From positions 1 to 26,433 of the forward strand of contig CAZYIM010000034.1 in assembly GCA_964647565.1 (NCBI GenBank): DNA of 26,433 nt, read 5' to 3'. This stretch comes from an uncultured Methanosarcinales archaeon (GTDB taxonomy: Archaea; Nanobdellota; Nanobdellia; Woesearchaeales; CAZYIM01). The notes beneath the pieces were generated by a model, which saw nothing but the letters and a program-made list of their open reading frames with translations, did not search any database and was not told the DNA's origin. Shown piece by piece: positions 8,288 to 16,327 of the stretch. The stretch's first letter is position 1, and every line of letters begins with the position of its first letter. The translations under genes were made by a program, and so were the position numbers.

Positions 8288-9691
8288 ATGGCTAAGAAAA
8301 GTCTAGGGCCTTTGCCGGACATTGAAATTCCTGACACATACCTTACAAGGATATGTCATGGAACCACTATTCTATTTAATGGAAGAATCTGGAAAAAGGG
8401 AGACTTTGATCCAAAAGCCACAGTTAATTTTATCGATGAAGGCTCTGACAGGGTTAGTCTTATTGATCTGGAAACCTTTGCAAGATTAGAGAACAAATAC
8501 CGAAAAGATAACAATGAAGCCATCAGGGTAGCCCATCAACAGCTTATGAAGCATGACAGGGGATACACTGATATTGATCTTAATGAGCTTGAGATCCAGA
8601 CCATGCTAAAAGCATATGTGGTCGGTAATATCTTCCCAAAATGGGGACTTGGCGACAAGGATCTTGGAAGAGAGGCAAGAGGTATTCTCAAACGAGGTAC
8701 AAATGTGATTGAGGATCAGGTTGAGGATGCTAGGGAAGATACCATCTCATTTTCTAAACAAAAAACACCTGAATCAATTTATGATATGCTTAGACAGAGA
8801 AAGAGGCCTTCATTTAGGAGGGAGACCAAGAAAGCTGTTGATGTTAATGGTGAAAATGGTTTTGATAGGGACAGCATAACTATCTCTAGAAGTGCAGACA
8901 AGAGATCTTTATTGACTACAAAGGTATTGAAAGAAAAGAATATATTCATCCATTATGAAAAGCTCTACACTCTAATCAACAAGCCCTATTTTGATGAGCC
9001 TGTGATCAATTTAAGGGGAAAGCTTTTGTATCCCTATCCTGGCGTCAAAATTGGAAACAAAGATATCTACAACCTTATACAGCTTAGAAAAGCATACAAG
9101 AGAGCATTCTTAAGTCTATTTAGACAAGAGGCCCTTGATAATGATCCTTACAAGAGAAAGTTGAAACATGTCCATGGCCGGCTTGATAATGAGATTAACA
9201 GCGTTCCAGTTCAAAGACAGGGTTTCAGTTTACAGTGGGTGGGAAAAAACAAGGCATATCTTTGCAAGAATATTGATGAATTTGTTCTAAAGGAACTTAA
9301 AAGTGAAGGAAAAAGATTGCATTGGTTTGGACCTACAAAGATTGGTGTGGAATTGACCATGCATACAAGCGGTTCAATCTCACATGGAGCAGTTGTTGTC
9401 ATGGATTCCTATTATCCCTTTCCATTCCTTAATTCTAGCAATCCGAGATCTAATATCTGCACAGGAGACGGTAAGGAGATCTACTCTGATTCATCAAAAA
9501 CAGATGAACAGCAGATAGTTGGAAAGATCAATATCGGTGAACACACAATGTACAGGGGTTATCATGGAACCTTCACTCCACATTCAGAGCTCTCAAATCA
9601 AAAATACAATAAATTACATATTCATTCTCATCACAAGATAATTTCAAAAGACGAAATGGAGGCAAGAAATTTGAAGCCTTCAAATGTATAA
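8288..9691 (+). CDS. Candidate E2-like (ubiquitin-conjugating fold) protein with a long N-terminal extension
   Basis: The C-terminal region has several beta strands, then YYPFPFLNSSNPRSNICTG (Cys391, nt 9458-9460), resembling the HP...IC[LT]G catalytic region of prokaryotic E2s. It sits between the Ubl candidate and the JAB gene. Confidence 0.5.
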   Translation: MAKKSLGPLPDIEIPDTYLTRICHGTTILFNGRIWKKGDFDPKATVNFIDEGSDRVSLIDLETFARLENKYRKDNNEAIRVAHQQLMKHDRGYTDIDLNELEIQTMLKAYVVGNIFPKWGLGDKDLGREARGILKRGTNVIEDQVEDAREDTISFSKQKTPESIYDMLRQRKRPSFRRETKKAVDVNGENGFDRDSITISRSADKRSLLTTKVLKEKNIFIHYEKLYTLINKPYFDEPVINLRGKLLYPYPGVKIGNKDIYNLIQLRKAYKRAFLSLFRQEALDNDPYKRKLKHVHGRLDNEINSVPVQRQGFSLQWVGKNKAYLCKNIDEFVLKELKSEGKRLHWFGPTKIGVELTMHTSGSISHGAVVVMDSYYPFPFLNSSNPRSNICTGDGKEIYSDSSKTDEQQIVGKINIGEHTMYRGYHGTFTPHSELSNQKYNKLHIHSHHKIISKDEMEARNLKPSNV

Positions 9692-9703
9692 GGGTGAAAT
9701 AAA

Positions 9704-11119
9704 ATGAACATGCATGATATGGTTCGGGAAAAAAAGGAAGGTCAACGCACAATAATCAAACCAATTCAGTATCCTACGTTTAGGATCGATAAGCTTAGGA
9801 TCACTCCTAATGCAATGGAAAAGTTATTTCTCTATAGAGATCTACATGATGACCTAACAAGCTCAGGAGATGAGTTTTTTGGTTTCCAAATTAAGCGTTA
9901 CGACGAAAAAGTACCTGGATTATATAGCCTTACACGGGATCTTGTATTAGGTAAAGATCAGGTCAATCATGGATCTCATACTTTGGTGAGAGCTGCACAA
10001 GTACAGGAAGTCATGAGAAGCCTGCATGGGACTGGAAATGGTCCTTGCGGTTGGTGGCATAGGCATCCTGGAAGTTATAGAAGCAGTTCTGGAGAGGATT
10101 TAGGCAATAATCCTATTGTTCTTGAGGGAATACAAACTCATAACCAAGTCCTAGATTACATGATAATACCAATGGATCACATGAAATACGAACTCGAGGA
10201 TTCTGATGATGGAGCTGTGCTTATTTGCACTGACAAGAGGGATCACGGAGAGTATATCATTGATTTGCATTGTACAATAGCAGAGGCCAAGGACAAGCTA
10301 CCTGAAATGAAGAAAAAGAGAATTCCTGTAAAATTGGCATATGCCCATAGTATGATAGTTGCTGGCAAAGATCGGACACCAAATAAGGTCTACACTGAAG
10401 TTATAACCCGCCTATTCCATGGCAACGATCCTAATATCCAAGAAGAGAAGAATGGTAGAGACGGAGGCCTTAGGACCAAGATCGAAATTGTCGAGGTTCC
10501 TGATGATATTATTATTAATAAGGATACAATGGTCAATGAACTTACTGAAAATATCTATATCAAGAAATTCCATAAGCATGGAATCCATTTAAACGTAGGA
10601 CGAGTATTCGGCGATGCTATGATTCATGAACACGACAGAAATTCGGTATATAAAAGATTCCGGGGAGGTTATGAGTTTGTTCATGATCATGATGATAAGA
10701 TTAGCAAAGAGACGTGGATTGAAACTGCAAAACCCTATTTATTGGATCATTTATCACTTCAAGAAGTTAATGAATGGGAAGATAAGGTCCTGAATGAGAA
10801 AAAGATCCCTATCATCGAGAAAGTGACTAGCATTCTCAAAGATGAAAAGACTATTGCAGACAAGGTCACAGATGAAGCTGCAACAAAGGATAAAACTGTT
10901 ACAGCAGAAGATGCTGTTGTTGATAAAACCAAACCAGAATTGGGAAAAATTAATCCATTTATGAAATTTGTATATGCAATTTTCAAACCAAGCAAACTAA
11001 ATAAAAAAGATAACAAGCAACTTGCGAAGGAATACAGAGCAGATAATGGTGCCGAACCTGTCAAAGCAAAGACTGATGCAACTAAAAATGAAGACACCCC
11101 AAATAAGGGAGTAAATTAA
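9704..11119 (+). CDS. JAB/JAMM (MPN+) metalloprotease, putative deubiquitinase / Ubl-maturing enzyme
   Basis: Exact JAMM motif E57...H119-x-H121-x7-S129-x2-D132 (GDEFFGF...GWWHRHPGSYRSSSGED), preceded by the typical LRITPNAMEKL strand-helix. SD AGGGTGA. Confidence 0.88.
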   Translation: MNMHDMVREKKEGQRTIIKPIQYPTFRIDKLRITPNAMEKLFLYRDLHDDLTSSGDEFFGFQIKRYDEKVPGLYSLTRDLVLGKDQVNHGSHTLVRAAQVQEVMRSLHGTGNGPCGWWHRHPGSYRSSSGEDLGNNPIVLEGIQTHNQVLDYMIIPMDHMKYELEDSDDGAVLICTDKRDHGEYIIDLHCTIAEAKDKLPEMKKKRIPVKLAYAHSMIVAGKDRTPNKVYTEVITRLFHGNDPNIQEEKNGRDGGLRTKIEIVEVPDDIIINKDTMVNELTENIYIKKFHKHGIHLNVGRVFGDAMIHEHDRNSVYKRFRGGYEFVHDHDDKISKETWIETAKPYLLDHLSLQEVNEWEDKVLNEKKIPIIEKVTSILKDEKTIADKVTDEAATKDKTVTAEDAVVDKTKPELGKINPFMKFVYAIFKPSKLNKKDNKQLAKEYRADNGAEPVKAKTDATKNEDTPNKGVN

Positions 11120-11152
11120 GAAATAGAAATTAAAACGAGAACATAAGAAAAA

Positions 11153-12691
11153 ATGAGTGAAGATAGGTATTCAAGACAGAAAAAAATAGAAGGCTGGGAC
11201 CAGCAGATGCTGGAAGATGCCAATATAGCTATGGTAGGTGATGGGTCAGTCGCATGTTTTGGCGGAGCCTTGATGGCTGCACTGGGTATTGGAAGATCCT
11301 GTCTTTATGGTAATTCCAGATTCAAGGGATACCACCCTGATGAGTTTATGTATGCTGAACTTACCAAAGGCAAGAGAAAGGTCAGGGGACTTGAACAGAG
11401 TATGAAACAGATCAATCCAACTATTGACGTAGAAAGCTATCGTTGGGCATTTCTCAGGGACTATTTCACAGACATCTTCTCAGATAATACATCTGCCATA
11501 TTTGACACTACCAATGATCCCCGGACTGAGGCTGCCTTGTTCTCTCATGCAATGACTGCAGATGTGCCTATTGTGAATGCATCTTGTAAAAAATTCAGGG
11601 GAGAATTGTCTGTCTATATGCCTACTGGAGAATTCAAGCATCTAACCTCTTTAGATCATGAAGAAATCACAAAGGAAACACCTTATCAGCTACTATCAAG
11701 AACCTATAATACCAGAATGGAACAGGATCCTGTTACAGCCTCTTTAATTGCAGGTTTAGCAGTCGATGAGATCAGGAAGATTGTCATGCCCTTGAAATTC
11801 GAGACTGTTAAAGATCAAAACGGTAATAAGATACGGAAAAGCAAGGAGCCGACACTTGAAGGCAGGCTTATCTATGACATCCTGACAGATGATCTGGTAC
11901 ATAGGACAACTAAGTTAAAATCAGGATTTCAACGCGTATACCATCCTGGAAATTTTCAAAATGATATTGTGGCAGCAGTTGTCGGAGCAGGATCTCTTGG
12001 AAATGTTGTAAGTCTACTACTGACTATTATGGGCATTAAACATTATATATTCGACAAGGACATCTATGAGGATGCTAATGTCAACAGACAGATCATGGCA
12101 GTGCTTTACGGTAACGATGTTGGAAAAGCCAAAGCATTATCACTCGCTGAAAAAGACCAGAGGATCAATTATAGGACCAAGGTTGTTGGTGTAAATGATT
12201 GGTTTACACCAGACACCAAGTTCAAGGGCAGGCAACCAGACGTCATATTTGATTGCACCGATAAATACACAGCAATGGAGGCTATTAACTATTGGTCCAT
12301 AAAGAATAAGAAACCCGTCATCACAGGCCATACAGGACCTACAGACGGCCAGACATTTTTCTCTGATATTTATAATGGCATGGAATGTCTTGATGGAAGG
12401 ATGAATGTTATTGAAAATGCTAACATTGAACGAAATCCGGAAAGTTGCATACAGCAATCCAACCCATCTGTAATTATCGCGAACTGGATCATGGGTTCAG
12501 TCATGGTCGATCTCTTCAGGAGATATGCCATGGGTTTACCTGTTGTCAGCTCAAGAGTTAAGTATGATACTAATATTGGCAACAGATTGGCTTCATTGCC
12601 TAACACAACAATGTGCAGATACAAGGATTCTGATGATACAAAACATTACAAGAAATGCGATCACATTGATTATTGTAAATTCGAGGTTTAA
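11153..12691 (+). CDS. E1-like activating enzyme with two tandem ThiF/MoeB adenylation domains
   Basis: The N-terminal domain (DRYSRQ...GWDQQMLEDANIAMVGDGSVA) has a degenerate nucleotide loop. The second domain has intact VVGAGSLG (G278), FDKD..EDANVNRQ, GKAKA, DVIFDCTD and a candidate catalytic Cys432 in PESCIQQSNPS. Confidence 0.92.
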   Translation: MSEDRYSRQKKIEGWDQQMLEDANIAMVGDGSVACFGGALMAALGIGRSCLYGNSRFKGYHPDEFMYAELTKGKRKVRGLEQSMKQINPTIDVESYRWAFLRDYFTDIFSDNTSAIFDTTNDPRTEAALFSHAMTADVPIVNASCKKFRGELSVYMPTGEFKHLTSLDHEEITKETPYQLLSRTYNTRMEQDPVTASLIAGLAVDEIRKIVMPLKFETVKDQNGNKIRKSKEPTLEGRLIYDILTDDLVHRTTKLKSGFQRVYHPGNFQNDIVAAVVGAGSLGNVVSLLLTIMGIKHYIFDKDIYEDANVNRQIMAVLYGNDVGKAKALSLAEKDQRINYRTKVVGVNDWFTPDTKFKGRQPDVIFDCTDKYTAMEAINYWSIKNKKPVITGHTGPTDGQTFFSDIYNGMECLDGRMNVIENANIERNPESCIQQSNPSVIIANWIMGSVMVDLFRRYAMGLPVVSSRVKYDTNIGNRLASLPNTTMCRYKDSDDTKHYKKCDHIDYCKFEV

Positions 12692-12703
12692 GAGGATGGT
12701 AAA

Positions 12704-14614
12704 ATGAAAAAGGACGATAAAAAATCAAAACTGCATGAGTATTTTCTAAGTACTGCAAAAGACGAGGAGGATGAACAAGTACCTGAGGAAGTCAAAAGGA
12801 TGTATCTTCTTTGGTCTCCTACCGACATACAAAGAGCAAAAGACCGCTGGCAGAATCTTAACAGGCACGACCTTTACAAGATCTTGGCTGACCAGCATGA
12901 AAAATTGATTAAAAAGGGTGAAGAACGTCCTCTTACAGATGAAGAAAAGAAGGGTATTTTTGAAAAGATAAATGCTCTCAACCCGTTCATTGACCAGGCT
13001 AATGGAGACGAGACAATGAAAAAAGATCTTGTCCAGATTGCTTCTGACCACGGTCTTAACCCAAAAGACTTGGTAGTGAGAGCAGCTCAATATCTAAGTG
13101 GAAAAATCGATCCAAACTCACTTAAGAGATATGAGAAAAAACTTCATGAAGAGATGATCAAGACCAGGAAATCTGGTTTCAAGGAGGCAAAAAGACGGGG
13201 CATGCAAGAATGGAAGGAGCAGTTCCGCCCTAACCGGATCATCATGAGAAGGACCTTGCGAGCATTAGGTATTGTTGCTGCACTTGGAATTGCATTTGCA
13301 TTTTACACTTCTTTTAAGTCGGAGAGAGCCAAGAGAAATTTCTATGACAAAGTAGTCGAAGAGGTGCGCGGAGGAGGTTCTGGCGCTGATGCTAGGCAGT
13401 CTCAGGTTGATGATAATTATACTCCTAAAGAGCATCTTGACAACATTGTCAAAGGGATTACAGGTAGTCAAGATTCTACTGAAGTAAAAACTGAGCAGAG
13501 ACAAGAACAGCAAAGACCTCCCGTGGAAAAGCCTAAACCAAGGCCGCCTGCAACAATATCTTCAATTGTTGATTCTGTATACAAGCAGATCAAGGATGAC
13601 AATCTGAAGGCCCAGACTTTCAAGGTCAATCCTGTTAATGTCAGTTATACTAATCTCACCAATAGCGGATCTGTATCAAGACTTAAAAGAGCCCTTGAGA
13701 TGGAAATAGGTAATCAAAGCTATGTGACGACCATAAGCAAGGCAAGACTTGCACAAAAAATAGATAGTTTAAAAAACATTGTTTCAGACTATCCTCAAAG
13801 TCAACAGGCATATGAGGCCCAGCTTGAAGTTGCTAAGCTTTCTTTTGAGCATATGGAGATACTAAATGTAGATGGCTTTAAAGAGTATCAACAGTTAATA
13901 ACTCTCTTTGGAAATACTAAGGAGATTTCTACTAATTTCATGAAAGTTTTGATAGACAGGAAGTGGGCAGCGGATTGGTGGAAGATACAACAGTCAGACC
14001 GACAGGAATCTGCTGTCGCCCAAAAGAGCAGGATAGCTAATAAAATTGTCCAGTGGCTTGAGAATCAAGCTATCAAAACCAATCCTGTTGGTTACGAAGC
14101 AAACTATATACTAGGTCAGATTTTAGCAGGAGAAAAAGAGCTGCAGAGCGTTTATCAAAAAGATGCAAATGACTTAATATACCTTCACACAGAATTCCTT
14201 TCTAGTGTTTCAGGATTAGACAAATCAAATAATGCGATGCAGGCAAGATATTCTGCAAGTGCAAGGGGAGGCTGGGATCGAGCTGCTCGAGCCAAGTTTT
14301 CTTATGCAGTCGGTTCAGGACGAAATAATGGTAGCAAACTTAAGAATCTTGCAGATGCCTTGAAATATGACCAGAAGGCCCGATGGGTTCCAAGAGCAAT
14401 TTATCTGATAGCAGAGACTGAAGTTCAGATGAAGAATATGGATCTGGCTGAAGACTGCATGAATTTCTTACAGAAAAATTTCCCAGGTAATGAATCCAGT
14501 GGAGTCGGAAGTCTTGTAAGGCAGATATCAGATTACAGAGCAAAACAGGTTGAGGTGGCAAAGGCTAAGTCGGAAGCTGATTATAAAAAACTAAAGGAGA
14601 AAAGTCGTAAATAA
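12704..14614 (+). CDS. Single-pass membrane protein with a charged N-terminal domain and C-terminal TPR-like repeats
   Basis: Basic stretch then hydrophobic ALGIVAALGIAFAFY (about residues 187-201), a Pro/Gln linker, and BamD/YbgF-like TPR signatures IVSDYPQSQQAYEAQLEVAKL and AIYLIAETEVQMKNMDLAEDCMNFLQKNFPGN. Confidence 0.7.
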   Translation: MKKDDKKSKLHEYFLSTAKDEEDEQVPEEVKRMYLLWSPTDIQRAKDRWQNLNRHDLYKILADQHEKLIKKGEERPLTDEEKKGIFEKINALNPFIDQANGDETMKKDLVQIASDHGLNPKDLVVRAAQYLSGKIDPNSLKRYEKKLHEEMIKTRKSGFKEAKRRGMQEWKEQFRPNRIIMRRTLRALGIVAALGIAFAFYTSFKSERAKRNFYDKVVEEVRGGGSGADARQSQVDDNYTPKEHLDNIVKGITGSQDSTEVKTEQRQEQQRPPVEKPKPRPPATISSIVDSVYKQIKDDNLKAQTFKVNPVNVSYTNLTNSGSVSRLKRALEMEIGNQSYVTTISKARLAQKIDSLKNIVSDYPQSQQAYEAQLEVAKLSFEHMEILNVDGFKEYQQLITLFGNTKEISTNFMKVLIDRKWAADWWKIQQSDRQESAVAQKSRIANKIVQWLENQAIKTNPVGYEANYILGQILAGEKELQSVYQKDANDLIYLHTEFLSSVSGLDKSNNAMQARYSASARGGWDRAARAKFSYAVGSGRNNGSKLKNLADALKYDQKARWVPRAIYLIAETEVQMKNMDLAEDCMNFLQKNFPGNESSGVGSLVRQISDYRAKQVEVAKAKSEADYKKLKEKSRK

Positions 14615-14626
14615 AGAGGTTGAGCT

Positions 14627-16162
14627 ATGAAAAAATTCCTTAAACAGCTGGGATGGACTGCACTCCTTGGACTTGGATTGCTTACAGGATGTTCGAGTGA
14701 TGATGAAGTTGTTGAACCTGTTGTTGTTAATCCAAAAGATGCTTCTATTAGAGAACTAGTTGAACAAGAAGAGCTTTATAATGGCCAGACTGTGCGGACT
14801 TTTGGAAAGGTCGTTGCAATTTCTGACCATGATTATATAGAAAATCTAAATCCCCAGCACGATGTTACCATAAGGATATTAAATACTTTCTTGCACAAAG
14901 TCGATCTTTTTAGGACTTATAGTCTTGAAAAAGCTGATAAAGCAGGAATTGCCAGCTTTCAATCCGGCATGCTTGATCTAGAACAACTTAAAGTAACTCG
15001 CTCATCACTATCTGCAATAGGTTTGTTCAACAATGGAAAGATCAGGTACACCAAGCTTATCTCACCATCCGGAGATATCTTGTTTGAGCGACATGATATC
15101 CAACCTCAGGAATTCAGGGGCAAGATTGTTGATCTAAACCAGATGAAGTATTCTTCTGCTGGGGGAAGTACCTATTACCAGTCAACCCTAAAGCTGAAAA
15201 AAGAAGATGATAAATTTTTTTCATTTGTATTTAATCTGGCTTCTCTTAATGCTTATAATAAATATATTAATTCCAATGTTGTAGTCAAATGCACCCAGGA
15301 ACTTATCAACAATAAATCCTTTGTTGGTGAAGAGATTGAATATATAATGCCGAAACCTCCAGAGCTAGACAAGAAAAAAAGAGCCTTTTGGCAAAAGCTG
15401 GGTGGTGCAGAGGTTAGCGCAGAGCTAAAAGAACTTTATTCTGCCATTGGAAAAGAGGAAGCCCTTTTCAAGGATATAAAGAAGCAGGACAGGGAATTGA
15501 CTTTTGGCGCTGCAATGGTCGTCTATGACGAGTCAAAAAGGATATGGGATCTTGCTGTTGCTAATAATTGCAAGGAGCTGATAGATATCAGTGTTGATCT
15601 GACCAAAGAGGCAGCTTATTCTATGGTCAACCTGAAGGAATATGGCCTTGCTGCTGAGATGTTTAAGTCAAGAGCTATGGATGAGACAGGTTATGGAGTC
15701 ATCACTTCAGGTATTTACTCATTATCTGTTGACGGCAGACATTATGATGCTGCCCGGCTTGCACAAAGTTACAGGCTTGATGATGATGTAGCAACCCAGT
15801 ATGATAAGTGCATTGACCGCCTTTTGGACAGAGCTCTTTGGGCTGAAGCCTGGGATGTGATCCAGGAAGCTAATTCAGGCTTTGAATACAGGGAAAAGAT
15901 AGCAGAAATCAAGGAAGAATTATCTGAAAAACAACAGAAGTTTGCTGTTGGCGACAGCGTCCACACTTATGTTGATTATGCTTTACAGAATAACAAGAAT
16001 GCACGGTTTTATGGGCCTTCAATCAAGGATTTTTATGGCAGGATCGTCTCATTTCCAGATATTGGCCGTGCTGAGATCAATGGATGGCATGTGACTGCCA
16101 ATGATACCACCCAGTTCAAGGGCATTGTACCTGTTGACAGGATGAAGAAAAAGAAGGATTAG
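14627..16162 (+). CDS. Putative lipoprotein (possible OB-fold N-terminal region, helical-repeat C-terminal region)
   Basis: Signal peptide MKKFLKQLGWTALLGLGLLTG-C with lipobox LTGC. SIRELVEQEELYNGQTVRTFGKVV is OB-fold-like. SD AGAGGT. Confidence 0.72.
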   Translation: MKKFLKQLGWTALLGLGLLTGCSSDDEVVEPVVVNPKDASIRELVEQEELYNGQTVRTFGKVVAISDHDYIENLNPQHDVTIRILNTFLHKVDLFRTYSLEKADKAGIASFQSGMLDLEQLKVTRSSLSAIGLFNNGKIRYTKLISPSGDILFERHDIQPQEFRGKIVDLNQMKYSSAGGSTYYQSTLKLKKEDDKFFSFVFNLASLNAYNKYINSNVVVKCTQELINNKSFVGEEIEYIMPKPPELDKKKRAFWQKLGGAEVSAELKELYSAIGKEEALFKDIKKQDRELTFGAAMVVYDESKRIWDLAVANNCKELIDISVDLTKEAAYSMVNLKEYGLAAEMFKSRAMDETGYGVITSGIYSLSVDGRHYDAARLAQSYRLDDDVATQYDKCIDRLLDRALWAEAWDVIQEANSGFEYREKIAEIKEELSEKQQKFAVGDSVHTYVDYALQNNKNARFYGPSIKDFYGRIVSFPDIGRAEINGWHVTANDTTQFKGIVPVDRMKKKKD

Positions 16163-16169
16163 ACGAGAG

Positions 16170-16207
16170 AAAAGGCAATATTTATATAGTGAAACCACTT
16201 CCAAGTG
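16170..16207 (+). promoter_or_regulatory. BRE-TATA promoter with a downstream palindrome (candidate operator)
   Basis: AAAAGGCAATATTTATATA (TATA 16181-16188), followed by inverted repeat CACTT-CC-AAGTG at 16196-16207. Confidence 0.65.
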
Positions 16208-16211
16208 ACTA

Positions 16212-16327
16212 AAAGGGGCGAGATTCATGTTCGCAGATTGGCGAAGGGATGGCTTTGGATAATATCATCCATTCCACACGACTAACAGTCGTAATAAAAA
16301 CAAACGAGATTAGGAGGAAGAATAAAA
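16212..16327 (+). promoter_or_regulatory. Long structured 5' leader (three consecutive hairpins) ending in SD AGGAGG
   Basis: Stems TTCGC/GCGAA (16230-16245), GGATG/CATCC (16247-16270) and ACGACT/AGTCGT (16278-16292). SD at 16312-16317. Confidence 0.4.

Noticed and set aside
11153..12691. ThiF/MoeB role in thiamine, molybdopterin or tRNA-thiolation pathways
   Set aside because: No thiS/thiG/moaD/moaE/rhodanese genes nearby. The tandem domains and JAB/E2-like neighbours favour protein conjugation.
7587..12691. Type II CBASS or Pycsar (Cap2/Cap3)
   Set aside because: No nucleotidyltransferase or cyclase motif and no recognisable effector. E1 and E2-like are separate genes rather than a Cap2 fusion.
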